Shown piece after piece: positions 9,509 through 20,266 of a stretch of DNA of 64,000 bases. Each line of letters starts with the position of its first letter. The first letter of the stretch is position 1. Both the position numbers and the translations under genes were made by a program. Under the pieces are notes generated by a model, which saw only the letters and a program-made list of their open reading frames with translations, made no database searches and was not told the DNA's origin. The stretch spans positions 1 to 64,000 of the forward strand of contig CAXXSM010000079.1 in assembly GCA_963663405.2 (NCBI GenBank), given 5' to 3'. This DNA comes from a bacterium (GTDB taxonomy: Bacteria; Hinthialibacterota; Hinthialibacteria; Hinthialibacterales; Hinthialibacteraceae).

Positions 9509-12022
9509 TTATGGTTGCAGGAAACGAATGATCCCCCAGGCGGCGGAAACCGGCTCATTCAACTGTTCGGGAGTGACGCCCAAGCCGGACGCCTGTTTCC
9601 AATGCGCAAGCGATTCCCACGGATTGCCGCAGATCCAGGCCGTAAGACCGGCGTAATACCATAGCGCGGGCCTGGACCGAAGCGCTTCTTTTTCCAAAAG
9701 ACCGTTCATCAACGACCGGGCGTTCGGCCAGTCTTTACGAGAGAGCAATTCCATCAATACTTTGTTCATCACTTTCGCGCTTGTCATCTCATCCTGAAAC
9801 TCCGAGAGTCCCACGAGCATCCGTTTGGCCAAATCCATCCGGCCGAGTTGGAGGTAATAATCGATGGTTTCATGAAAGATGAGAGGATTCGAGGGCGATG
9901 TCGCCGCGGCCAGATTGAAAAGCAGTGAAGCCGTTTCATGATCCCCCTGCGCATTCGCGGCCCTGGCGCCTTCCAATACCCCGATTTCGGTAAATCCAGG
10001 GAACCGGAGTTCGGTTTCTCCAAACAGTTCCAGCGCCTTTTGTTCTTGCCCACCCTTGGCGTAGAGCAGTCCCAGCTGCACCCAGCCTTCCATAAAGGTT
10101 GGCATGATCGCGGTGGCTTTTTGGAAGTTTTCAATCGCCGCAGTCAGATATTCCGGTTTTTTTGTCAATTCCCATACTAAACGATACGCCCGGCCGAGAT
10201 ATCCATAAGACTCATAAAATGTATAATCGTTCAGTGAATCGTTCAGGTATTGTATCGCTTTAAGATAGAGTTGTTCATCCCCCGCCCTCCGAGCCTTTTC
10301 CATCGCCGCGATGCCAAGAGTGTATAAATTGTTGCCCGCGTCCGGAAGATAAGTCAATGAATATTGTAAATGTTTATAACCATCTTCAATATGCTTGATC
10401 CGCCCTTGCGTGGCGCTGAGCCCATCCGATCCATACCATGCGATAAAATATTCGTCATCCAGCGTACGAGCTTGTTGATCGTTGATACCGTTTTTACGCG
10501 CGATGTAATCCCCTGTTAAATTTGTGGTAATCGGCCGGAAAAGGATCATGCTGACTCCAAACGCGGCGGGAACAATCCACCAATGAAGTGTTTGCCTGGG
10601 ATTGTTCAGCCAAGCAGGAGCCCATTCCATTTCTTTCGAACAGGCGAACCACGAAACCAAAGCCAAGTTTCCTAAAAACAGACAGCTAGCCGCCGCTTCA
10701 TGAAAGGGAAACGCGACACATGCGTGAATCATCGTGGCGAACGTCGCCGCCGACGCGACAAGTCCAGGAAATGGTATGGGCCTCCTTCGAAAGAGGCTGA
10801 GAATACTCTGAAAATGTACAATCAATAACCAAAAAATGCAAAATAGACCGGGAATTCCTAATTCAGCCCATGTTTGTAAAAAATCATTGTGCGCGCGTTC
10901 TGTATGTTGTCCAATCGGAGGCAGGCCGATCTTGGTTTGGGGATACTGTTCAAACCACTGTTCCTGAGTATAGGGATACTCATACGGCCATGCGGCGAAT
11001 CCCACACCCGTCAAAGGATGATCCGCCACCATTAAAAGAGACATCCACCACACACGGGGATACGTGCCCGACGCGAGAATTTCCGTTGATACTTGAAACC
11101 GGCTGAACACGCCTTCAATCTTCCGTTTGGCGAACGGCGCGTTAATCAACATGATGAAGATGAGAATGATACCTGCGGCAAAAACCGGGATTCCGATCTT
11201 GAGTTTTCGTTTAAACGCGGCGCCGGCCGCTTCCGCCTCATCACTCACCGGCGCGCCCTTCCGGCGCCAATCATAGTAAAGGCCATAGAGAATCAACGCG
11301 AGTGATGGTATAACCGCCATCGCCACGCCCCGGCTTCCTCCATAAAAGATCACAGTCAATCCAACCATGACAAACAAACCGAACAGCGCCTGCCAGAGAT
11401 GCCGCCGGAAAACATGCCACAATCCGATCGCATAGAGACAACCGATCCAAACATAGGCGGTGCTGGCGTTATTGTGCCCAAGAAACGCGCCCATGTTTTG
11501 CCGTTCGTAATCCCCGCGGGAAATGGTCATCGCTTTGAAAAAAGAAAAATCGAGCCTCGGATCCTCCATCACGAGCTGCCGCACACAGGCGAGCGTCATG
11601 CAGAATCCAGCGAAAAAAACCGTCCACATAAATAAAGAACGGAAACGAGCGCTTCGAAAATAAGTCACCCACAAAGGAAAGGCCGAAACGATGAGAAAAA
11701 ACACAAAATAGTTCGAACGAGCGGATGATTGCGGCGCGTATAAGGATCCAATCCCCGCCCAAACCACCAACGCCAATGTGGGATAATAGTAGGGACTCCA
11801 AACAAACACAAACCGCCGCGCCGCGATCGATTGACTCAAATAAAAAAACCACGCCGCGAGCGCGAGCGTCTGTCCGAGTAAATATTTATGAACCAACGGG
11901 CTGGTAAAATAAGCGTTAAAATAGAGCGCCGTCGTCACAATCAGGGTTAACAAACAACACTGCGCGGCCCGCTCAAACAATTGCGCCAGCGGTGAAGGAG
12001 GCAAATTAATTTCTTTTTTCAT
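9509..12022 (-). CDS. O-antigen ligase (Wzy_C) family membrane protein with C-terminal TPR repeats
   Basis: Many TMs; GHNN, GSRG, HPLTGVG, RAHNDFLQTWAELGIPG and FPFH motifs; helical TPR-like tail. Confidence 0.85.
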   Translation of the reverse strand: MKKEINLPPSPLAQLFERAAQCCLLTLIVTTALYFNAYFTSPLVHKYLLGQTLALAAWFFYLSQSIAARRFVFVWSPYYYPTLALVVWAGIGSLYAPQSSARSNYFVFFLIVSAFPLWVTYFRSARFRSLFMWTVFFAGFCMTLACVRQLVMEDPRLDFSFFKAMTISRGDYERQNMGAFLGHNNASTAYVWIGCLYAIGLWHVFRRHLWQALFGLFVMVGLTVIFYGGSRGVAMAVIPSLALILYGLYYDWRRKGAPVSDEAEAAGAAFKRKLKIGIPVFAAGIILIFIMLINAPFAKRKIEGVFSRFQVSTEILASGTYPRVWWMSLLMVADHPLTGVGFAAWPYEYPYTQEQWFEQYPQTKIGLPPIGQHTERAHNDFLQTWAELGIPGLFCIFWLLIVHFQSILSLFRRRPIPFPGLVASAATFATMIHACVAFPFHEAAASCLFLGNLALVSWFACSKEMEWAPAWLNNPRQTLHWWIVPAAFGVSMILFRPITTNLTGDYIARKNGINDQQARTLDDEYFIAWYGSDGLSATQGRIKHIEDGYKHLQYSLTYLPDAGNNLYTLGIAAMEKARRAGDEQLYLKAIQYLNDSLNDYTFYESYGYLGRAYRLVWELTKKPEYLTAAIENFQKATAIMPTFMEGWVQLGLLYAKGGQEQKALELFGETELRFPGFTEIGVLEGARAANAQGDHETASLLFNLAAATSPSNPLIFHETIDYYLQLGRMDLAKRMLVGLSEFQDEMTSAKVMNKVLMELLSRKDWPNARSLMNGLLEKEALRSRPALWYYAGLTAWICGNPWESLAHWKQASGLGVTPEQLNEPVSAAWGIIRFLQP

Positions 12023-12224
12023 CGATAACCTGCGTCAATTGCGATCGCCCGGTGAGTTATATAATCACTGGACGATTCGTGGATTGGATCTGCCTGAGTA
12101 TAACATAACGACAGTTCTAACATACCGTCAAGGCAACCCTCATGGAAACTCAATGAATCCCGCCCCAGTATCCATTATCAAATGACGGAATTAATTCAAT
12201 AGACGGAATGAACCATAGCATTGT

Positions 12225-13880
12225 TTATTCTTCCATCTCATACAGGGGCAGATACACCGTAAATGTCGTACCCATGCCGACCCGGCTGGCGACGTCGATC
12301 CGTCCCTCCATCGAGGTGATAATCTGGTGGACGATCGAAAGCCCCAAACCAGTGCCCGCCGCCCGTTTGGTGAAAAACGGATCAAAGATCTTCTCCAGGT
12401 CTTCGCGGGAAATCCCCGAACCTTCATCAGTCACGTCGACAATGGCTTCCTTTCCGCGCGTCCGCATATGAATGCGCAGTTTGGCTTCGGGAGGCGATTT
12501 ATCCATACTCTGCAACGCGTTGAGAAACAGGTTTACAAACACGGCCGACAGCTGGCCTTCGTTGGTGTATACCATCACGGGATCGTTCGGCATGGACAAT
12601 TCGGTTTCCCGCGCGCCCGCCTGGTATTTCACAAGCGAATGGGAATGTTCAAGGATCTTCCGCAGATCGTGCGCCGCGGGCGTGTCACGCTTGGGAGACG
12701 CGAGCGAGAGAAGCCGATCGATAAGGGCGCCGCACCGCCGGGCCTCTTCTTCAATAAGATCATATTCCTCTTTGTTCGGATCGTCGTCAGAGGCTTTATC
12801 ACGCAGATACGCCGCGCAGGAGCGAATCACGCCTAACGGATTCCCCAACTCGTGCGCCAAACCCGCTGCGATTTGCCCGGCGATGGTCAGCCGGTCGGAC
12901 CGCAGTAATCCAACTGACGCGCCTAATTCTGGATTCTCTTCATACGCCAACGCGATGCAGTACTTTTTTTCACCAAGCCCAAAGAAATGCGGGTAGATCT
13001 TGATCGGATGCGTGTATGAATCATCGGGAACAGCGATCGTCTTCTCGATCTCCGTTTTGGAATGGAAACGAAGCAAAATCGCGTTGCGGATAGATTGCGT
13101 CTCTTCCGGCCATTCACGGCTGCCTGGCGCTGGAAGCGTCAATAGTTTTTTCGCCCCACTGGAAACAATGACGATTTCCGCCTGGTCGTCCATCAAAAAG
13201 AAATCCGCTGGGAAGGAATGCAGGACATGTGTCCACAGCGTATTATCATAAACCGTATCATCCATTGTCTGGTTGAGGGAATCGATCCAATTTCTAAGCA
13301 GGCGCAGCGTTGTCCAGATATAAAATAACGCGAACAGGCAGATCAGAAAATTACAGGGCAAAAAACTATCCCGCAGCCGGTTCTCAAGAGATTCGATGGA
13401 TAGCCATCCATAAATGCAAAATAGAATGGTCACCGCGGCGCCGCCGTCAATCAACCATGTGGAGGTTTTCTTCAATCGAGGGACCAGCAATGGAACCGCA
13501 AGAGGCGGAAGAAACATGGTCCACATAATGTTTCCCGCTTTCGGTTGAAACAGCAGAAAAAAAATAAAAACGATATCAACAACAAATGAAAGGACCGTTA
13601 ATCCATTGACCGTCAGCGTGTCTCTGGGATCAATTTGCCCCTCCGCCCGGCGCCAATGAGTGACAAAAAGAACCACGATCATCACCATCGAGATGGCGAT
13701 ATAAAGAATGGTAGGAACGATTAAACTTTGAACGAAAGAACGGGCGGTCGATAGGGGATGAGAGAGAAGCCACTCATAGGATACCGACGCGGGGATCATA
13801 AACCATTTATTGACGACCAATAATCGGAAGATAAGTTTCTCGCGCTCGTCTTGGGAGGCAATCGCCGTTTGGGTATCCAT
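12225..13880 (-). CDS. Membrane sensor histidine kinase (NtrB/PilS-like)
   Basis: About 5 TMs; H-box AHELGNPL, N-box NALQS, G1 DEGSG, F/G2 FFTK..GTGLGL. Confidence 0.92.
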   Translation of the reverse strand: MDTQTAIASQDEREKLIFRLLVVNKWFMIPASVSYEWLLSHPLSTARSFVQSLIVPTILYIAISMVMIVVLFVTHWRRAEGQIDPRDTLTVNGLTVLSFVVDIVFIFFLLFQPKAGNIMWTMFLPPLAVPLLVPRLKKTSTWLIDGGAAVTILFCIYGWLSIESLENRLRDSFLPCNFLICLFALFYIWTTLRLLRNWIDSLNQTMDDTVYDNTLWTHVLHSFPADFFLMDDQAEIVIVSSGAKKLLTLPAPGSREWPEETQSIRNAILLRFHSKTEIEKTIAVPDDSYTHPIKIYPHFFGLGEKKYCIALAYEENPELGASVGLLRSDRLTIAGQIAAGLAHELGNPLGVIRSCAAYLRDKASDDDPNKEEYDLIEEEARRCGALIDRLLSLASPKRDTPAAHDLRKILEHSHSLVKYQAGARETELSMPNDPVMVYTNEGQLSAVFVNLFLNALQSMDKSPPEAKLRIHMRTRGKEAIVDVTDEGSGISREDLEKIFDPFFTKRAAGTGLGLSIVHQIITSMEGRIDVASRVGMGTTFTVYLPLYEMEE

Positions 13881-14022
13881 TCGAAGGCGCTTTCCCTAAT
13901 CCACAAATTCATGTAACGAAAAGGATTAACCAAATATATTTGAATTTAGTTTCTGCAAATTCTTTCAAGACACGGAGGAATTCTGAGAGATGAATTTGCA
14001 GATTGGCCTTGAAAGAATCTAG

Positions 14023-14688
14023 TTAGCTGGAAAGTACGAACAACACAATATTAATCGCCATACGCATGGCCTGTTCGCGCGTTTCCGCCGAATCCAGTGG
14101 ATGCGCGCCTTCGCTCTCCAGTCCATCACCGATATCTGTATCAAAAGTATAGATCACTACCAACCGGCCGTCTAAGTAGACTCCATATAAATGGGGCGGC
14201 CCTCCGTCGTGTTCGTGTATCTTCGGCAGGCCGTGTTCAAATTGATAATAGATCGAAAAGACAGGGTGATCGTATGGGATTTCTTTTAAGGGGTGGTCCG
14301 GGAAAACCTTGGTGATTTCCTCCCGGAACGAAGTGTCAATCCCATAATTATCATCCGCCCACAACACGCCGCCACGCCGGAAATATTCCCGCAGCCGTTG
14401 AATCTCCCCATCGGAAAAGCGGACTGTGCCATGCCCATTCATATACAGCAAGGGATAGCGGAAGAGATCGGCGTCATCAATGGTGACCACCTTTTCCTCC
14501 CGCTCACAGTCCATCTCTAGACGCTCACTCAATTGAATCAAGAGATTGGGGAGCGAGGTTGGATTACTATACCAATCCCCCCCACCGGCGTATTTCAACC
14601 GTGCGATCGTAAATTCCCCGCCGGGTTGTGAAAACGCAGAAGACAAGAAAAAACAACCGATCGTGAAAAGCAGAATAATTCGTTTCAT
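14023..14688 (-). CDS. DUF4159 domain secreted protein
   Basis: Signal peptide; ARLKYAGGGDWYSNPTSLPNL, YPLLYMNGHG and GLPKIHEHDG motifs. Confidence 0.85.
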   Translation of the reverse strand: MKRIILLFTIGCFFLSSAFSQPGGEFTIARLKYAGGGDWYSNPTSLPNLLIQLSERLEMDCEREEKVVTIDDADLFRYPLLYMNGHGTVRFSDGEIQRLREYFRRGGVLWADDNYGIDTSFREEITKVFPDHPLKEIPYDHPVFSIYYQFEHGLPKIHEHDGGPPHLYGVYLDGRLVVIYTFDTDIGDGLESEGAHPLDSAETREQAMRMAINIVLFVLSS

Positions 14689-14799
14689 CTGTTCTATCCG
14701 GTTTCATTTAATCGAACAACGATTAGTTCGTGTATTCAACCTATAATCGCCTGCTAGAGGCGCATCCATAAATACGTTTAATTAATCCTCTTGATCCGC

Positions 14800-15363
14800 T
14801 TATCCACCTGTCTTGCCAAGAGGATAACGGGCGCGCGCTGTATATTCCGCTCCTGATGGTTTGAGAACGCTCTCCATGAGATAATACTTAGTGACCGGTT
14901 CGGGCGAAAACGATACGCGGCCCGCGCTTTTCAAAGAATCAATATACGTCCGCTGATCCCGCCGCGCCCGTCCAATGGTCAAATGCGGAACAAACTTTTT
15001 TTTATCAAAGGACACTCCAGCCGCAATCAAGGTGGAGTGGATCGAGCGTTCCAACGCCATCAATGACTCCGCTCCGTTTTGAATCCCTACCCACAAGACT
15101 GACACTGGCCCACGGGGAGGAAATTTCCCCAATCCACCCAGTTGGAATGTAAACGGCTCATGTTCCAGCGCGGGGGGATCAAGAGCGTGAAGCAGGCTTT
15201 GATACGTCTCTTCCGTTATATCACCCAGGAATTTCAATGTTAGATGACAATTCTTCGCGGGTATCCACCGGATCCCATGAAAACACTTCCCCAGCCGGTT
15301 CTGCAACTGGGCGATTTCCTCTTGCAGAGAAGCGGATAGATTGATGGAAATAAACGCTCTCAT
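14800..15363 (-). CDS. thpR: RNA 2',3'-cyclic phosphodiesterase (2H phosphoesterase)
   Basis: MRAFISI start at 15363; two HxT motifs (HLTLKFLG, PHLTIGR); C-terminal ESVLKPSGAEY. Confidence 0.9.
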   Translation of the reverse strand: MRAFISINLSASLQEEIAQLQNRLGKCFHGIRWIPAKNCHLTLKFLGDITEETYQSLLHALDPPALEHEPFTFQLGGLGKFPPRGPVSVLWVGIQNGAESLMALERSIHSTLIAAGVSFDKKKFVPHLTIGRARRDQRTYIDSLKSAGRVSFSPEPVTKYYLMESVLKPSGAEYTARARYPLGKTGG

Positions 15364-15645
15364 CGCGAATGGTTCCCAATTTTGTCTCGGTTTTGATTCC
15401 CGCGCAACGGCGTTATGGATCGCATTCATCATAGCCGGAACCCGGAATTCTGTCAGCAGGGGCAGACGCGTAAACACGCCCAATGAACGATATTGTCATT
15501 TAATGAATTCCACCTCCCGTTCTTTGTATTTCAACGGGATGAAACCCTAAACCTTCTCCTTGAAATCCGATACTCTAATATGAATCTATGGATCACTTAT
15601 CGATCGAGATCGAACGCAGACTGGTGGACGAAGGAGTATTGAGGA

Positions 15646-17598
15646 ATGCTGTTGATTCCGTGGGCGCTTGTCTTTGGATTGGGGTGTTATGCGCAGACAC
15701 TGGTTCTTGATGACCGTCTCTTTACCGGTCTGATTTTATATTTGATCGCAGGCGTTTTATCCTACCTGATTCTTACAGTATCCACAGGTAAAAACACGGT
15801 CCAACACAAAACGGAGAAAACGAACGGCTGGACCTCCACGAAAGAAGTTTTATACATTCCTCTCATCGCCGGACTTCTCTGTGTAGCGGCGTGTGTTTGG
15901 CTGATCCGAGAGGCCACGTTAGCAAAATCCTACCGCGGTGATCTGTTTTCCTACGGGCTCTACTGCTGGCTTGCATTCTGGCTTTTCACGGCGATCGCGA
16001 TACACCGCCCATTCTTCACCGCGCTAAGGAAAGAGACCTGGCGGTCACTGGCTCCACTGGGGGGATTGCTCCTTCTCGCGCTGCTCCTGAATATGTACCG
16101 GCTGACAACGCTGCCCATCACAGTGCACGGCGATGAAGGCATGGTCGGCGTTCATGCGCGGTATATTCTATATGGCAAGCTTCCGACGTTCTTCTCCACA
16201 TCATGGTATTCGATCCCCCAGTTCTTTTTCAGCGTTCCCGCCGGGACACTCTATCTCTTCGGCGACAATCTCTTTGGATTCCGCATGAGCGCTGTTCTTG
16301 TGGGCGCCCTGAGCGTGATTCCCTTTTATTTCCTCACGCGATGGCTTTGGGGAACGGGGCCCGCGATTGTGACCACGTTCCTATTGATCACGAATCATTG
16401 GATCCTGCATCTCTCCCACAGCGGCGTAAATTACGTTCAGGCGTTGTTCTTCACAACCACGCTGCTCGCGCTCTGGTTTTGGACGTATGAAAAACGCTCG
16501 ATGGCGGCGGCGATCGGAGCCGGAGCGGTGATGGGCCTCGCGCTTCTCTCCTATCAAGCCAATCACCTGCTTCCTCTATTATGGCTCGCATCCCAGATTG
16601 GGATTGTTCTTCTGCGGAAGATTTCATTCCGGTGGTTCGTTCTCACCACTCTGGTCCCACTTGCGCTCGCGTTCTTTGTGATCTCCCCGTTGCTCACCCA
16701 CGACATCATCTTAAGCGGAAGCGCCGCCACTTATAGTTCCCGCGCCCAAGGCGTGATCGCATGGACAGACCATAACCATCGACATTTGGATGGAGTCTAT
16801 AAAGCCAACGGCGATCCCGGCCGAATCTGGCAGGGACAAATCCGGCGCGCCTATCTCGCGCCCATCCGATATTCCGACACAAGTATGCAGTACGCCGGTG
16901 AATGGCCGTTTCTCGATCGAACGATGGCGGTGTTTTTCATGCTGGGGATTGTGACCGCGGCGTTTCGATTTTTCGATCCCCGGTGGTCGATTCCAGTAGT
17001 CTGGATTTGCGCGATCCTAACCGCCGGAGGAGTCTGTACCGTGGACGCGCCATTCTACCCGCGTCTCACGGGAACAAGCGCGCTCTATTTTCTTCCCATC
17101 GCGGGTGTTTTCGCGGGTATTTTACGGTTGGCGGACACCGGGAAAGTCTGGAAATGGTCCGCAATCGCACTGATTGCAGTGGCGGCGCTCATGTCGGCTA
17201 AGACCAATTTGCAAAATTATTTCATTGTCTATGCGAACGAGATCAGTCCTAACAACATCCATTATCCACAAACTCAACTGGGCTATCTTCTCGCGAAAAG
17301 AAAATCCGAAGGAGAGGTTGCGCTCTTTTCCGGCCCCCATTTATCCCTGGGCAGCGGAACCGTCCAGTTTCTAGTGAAGGATACCGAAGGAATCACCACA
17401 AACAAAATTCCACCCGGTATAGACGGCAAACCATTCACCATCTTCGTCGACTCGACGCAATCTTCCATCGTCAAAGAATTGAAAAATTTATTCCCCAACG
17501 CGGTTATGGAGGAACATCGGTCTTTTCGAGGTCAGCTGATGTTCACAACCCTCACACAGAAGGGATCAAGTGATACTCCACCAACAAATCTCAACTAA
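15646..17598 (+). CDS. GT-C fold membrane glycosyltransferase (ArnT/PMT, GT39-like)
   Basis: Many TMs; HGDEG acidic motif in the first large loop; LFGDNLFGFR segment. Confidence 0.75.
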   Translation: MLLIPWALVFGLGCYAQTLVLDDRLFTGLILYLIAGVLSYLILTVSTGKNTVQHKTEKTNGWTSTKEVLYIPLIAGLLCVAACVWLIREATLAKSYRGDLFSYGLYCWLAFWLFTAIAIHRPFFTALRKETWRSLAPLGGLLLLALLLNMYRLTTLPITVHGDEGMVGVHARYILYGKLPTFFSTSWYSIPQFFFSVPAGTLYLFGDNLFGFRMSAVLVGALSVIPFYFLTRWLWGTGPAIVTTFLLITNHWILHLSHSGVNYVQALFFTTTLLALWFWTYEKRSMAAAIGAGAVMGLALLSYQANHLLPLLWLASQIGIVLLRKISFRWFVLTTLVPLALAFFVISPLLTHDIILSGSAATYSSRAQGVIAWTDHNHRHLDGVYKANGDPGRIWQGQIRRAYLAPIRYSDTSMQYAGEWPFLDRTMAVFFMLGIVTAAFRFFDPRWSIPVVWICAILTAGGVCTVDAPFYPRLTGTSALYFLPIAGVFAGILRLADTGKVWKWSAIALIAVAALMSAKTNLQNYFIVYANEISPNNIHYPQTQLGYLLAKRKSEGEVALFSGPHLSLGSGTVQFLVKDTEGITTNKIPPGIDGKPFTIFVDSTQSSIVKELKNLFPNAVMEEHRSFRGQLMFTTLTQKGSSDTPPTNLN

Positions 17599-17640
17599 CA
17601 CTCATTCCCCGGTTGGATTGATGAAACGAGGCGCGCAACG

Positions 17641-18273
17641 ATGTTTACAAGTGTACGGATCTTTTATCGAAATGTGTTCAAACATATTCAAACAACGGGT
17701 TCCATTGCGCCGAGTTCGCGTTTTCTGGCCGCCGCCATTACGCAATGCGTTAAACCGGAAGGTGATCCCATAACCATTTTGGAAGCAGGGCCTGGCACAG
17801 GTCCATTCACAAGAGTTCTGGCTCAAAAACTCCGCCAGGAAGACCGGTTGGATTTATGCGAATTGAACAATGATTTTGCGCATTTCCTTCAACAACAGTT
17901 TGAAACCGATCCAGTTCTGCGCGCGCGGAAGGATCGCATCACTCTCTATCACCAAGCCGTGCAGGATCTGGAAGGAGAAAACCGGTACGATTACATCGTG
18001 TCCGGACTTCCATTCAACAATTTCCACCCGGATTTGGTTAGTGAAATCTTGCAGTGTTATCAGACTCTTTTAAAACCTGGCGGGATTCTATCGTTTTTTG
18101 AATACGCGTGGGTTCGGCATATGAAACGCCCCTTTGTCAATCAAAACGAACGGGACAGGATCAATCAAGTGGAAGCTGCGCTCCAGCGTCATTTTGACAA
18201 AAATAAAACGAAGGAAATTTTTGTCGCTCTGAACATCCCCCCATCAATCGTTCACGTCTGCCAATACCCCTAA
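17641..18273 (+). CDS. Class I SAM methyltransferase (phospholipid N-methyltransferase-like)
   Basis: TGSIAPSSRFLA, ILEAGPGTG, IVSGLPF and LNIPP motifs. Confidence 0.85.
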   Translation: MFTSVRIFYRNVFKHIQTTGSIAPSSRFLAAAITQCVKPEGDPITILEAGPGTGPFTRVLAQKLRQEDRLDLCELNNDFAHFLQQQFETDPVLRARKDRITLYHQAVQDLEGENRYDYIVSGLPFNNFHPDLVSEILQCYQTLLKPGGILSFFEYAWVRHMKRPFVNQNERDRINQVEAALQRHFDKNKTKEIFVALNIPPSIVHVCQYP

Positions 18274-20266
18274 TCTTCCTCACCTTCTGTTTCCTGGTTC
18301 TGGATGGCTTGCTCAAGAGCGTGTATGACGCGGGGATCAAACGAGCGGTTGCTGAGCCGTTTCAGCGCTTTCAGTATTTCCTCCTGCCGGGTTTGATCGG
18401 CGGATCTCGATTGATTCCGGCGGAAAAGAAGTGTGGCGTATGCGTTGGCGGCGGCGATAATTCGTGAACCGAGTGGAATCTGTTTTTTCTGCGTTCCTTC
18501 GGGATACCCTCGTCCATCCCAGGATTCATTCACATGAAACACGATTTCACCGACCTCTTCCGGCAGGCCCAGCGACTCGACAAACCGAACGCTTAATTGA
18601 GGGCTTTTCAGGCGCTGCTCGTCGATGGGGACATGAGTCTGCAGCGCGCGCAGCATTCCCGTGTCATGCAACAGAGACGCATAGGTCAGATTGTTGTACT
18701 CGATTTCATTCAATTTCATGACGCGGGCGATCCGCTGCGCCCATTCACAGGTGGTTACGGTCACACCGGGTTTCGCGGGATCCTGGGTTTCGATCAAGTT
18801 GGAAATGCTTTTCAGAACATTGACCGTAATAGTCCGCTCCCCTTCGTGCAGCTGCGCGTTTTTGATGGCCAGAATGATCTGTTCGGCGAACGTGAGCAGA
18901 ATCTCCCGGTCGCCGGGTGTGAAGCCACCTTCTTTATCCGCGACGACAATCACCCCCTCAATGTCGCTGTCAAAGAGAGCGACCGCCAGATAATCATCGG
19001 AGGGATAACTCTCCCCCCCATCTTTCCACGGCGGCGGTTTTCCCCCAGGACTGTAGACCATTGGATTGAAATTTTCGGCGACCCACCCCGCCAATCCTTC
19101 TCCTAGCGTCAACGGATTCTGACCGATTTCATCCTCTTCCATACCCAGCGTCACTTTGGGGATTAAATTCCGCCGGTCGGAATCGCAGAGCATGATCGAA
19201 CACTTTTTAACTTTTAACAGTTGGCGGGTTAATTGTCCGATTTTGGGAAGCAGTTCATTGACACTAATACTGGCGGAGATTAATCGATGAACGACGTGGA
19301 TCGACGCCAACGCCCGCCGGCGTTGATTCATCTGTTTCAAGGTCAACGCATTATCCAGCGCCGCCGCCGCGCCGATCGACAACAACCGGATCACACTCAT
19401 CTTGCCAACCGATTTCGGATTCATTTCGTCCGTATACGTAAGAAATCCTCCGATCAGCTGTGACTTGCGGTAAAAGGGAACAGCAAGACAGACAGCCTTC
19501 TCATCTTCCCAGCCTAAATCCACTAAGGATTGACTTAACCACTGCTGGATCGGATCATCTTCCAAAAGCGGCTTTAACGGTGACGATGAGATATCCATCC
19601 GGTCGGAGTAATCGTAACGGCTGATATCGAGATTGCGTTGTTTTTCCAATGATTTTGGATAACCAAGCGCGCGCGCGGGATAAAAAACTCCGTCCTCATC
19701 GATTAATAGAATCAATCCATCCGGAACTTGAAGCGCGGAACATAATTCCTCCAACACCCGTTCCAGCAATTCATCCAAACTGACAATGGACAGCGTTTTC
19801 GCCCATAATTCGTGCACCAGTTCCAGATCGTCGTGGTCTTCGAGAGCCCCGGACAACAACACAAGATAACCTTCCATAATCCGGAGAGCTTCACCAAGTT
19901 CCTTCTTGTGCGAGTTTTCCACATGACAAATTCCGATCCCTCCCATCGACTGACCACGGAAACGGAAAATGGCCACACCTTGCAGATAGTCCTCACAACA
20001 GGGAAAATCACCGATTCATATTGTTGTTTCCCGGTAGGCTGAAAAAAGGGTTTTAGATACTGTTCTAACGTTTCGTCCGAGTCTTCACACTCGCAGGAAG
20101 AATTCGATCCCTCCAATGGAAACCGCCGCCGTTTCAGATTCTCATCAATGATCCACCAATTCGCTCCCCGCAAAAGAGGAGTCAATCCCTTTCGAAGAGC
20201 GGTGATATAGGGATTAATCGCAATGTCTGTAAAACGAAGTTGAAAAGAATACTCTGAATCAGACAT
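18270..20266 (-). CDS. Sensor-GAF-GAF-HD-GYP-like signalling protein with degenerate active site; apparent frameshift at ~20001-20007
   Basis: ORFs 19712..20284 and 18270..19976 join if one base is added in TTTTCCC. The ATG at 20266 overlaps the glnD stop. Two GAF-like regions, LLHDTG and WDGRGYP. Confidence 0.75.

Noticed and set aside
20001-20007. Programmed -1 frameshift at TTTTCCC
   Set aside because: It is one of seven similar indels of mixed sign in unrelated genes, with no obvious stimulatory structure; sequencing error is simpler.
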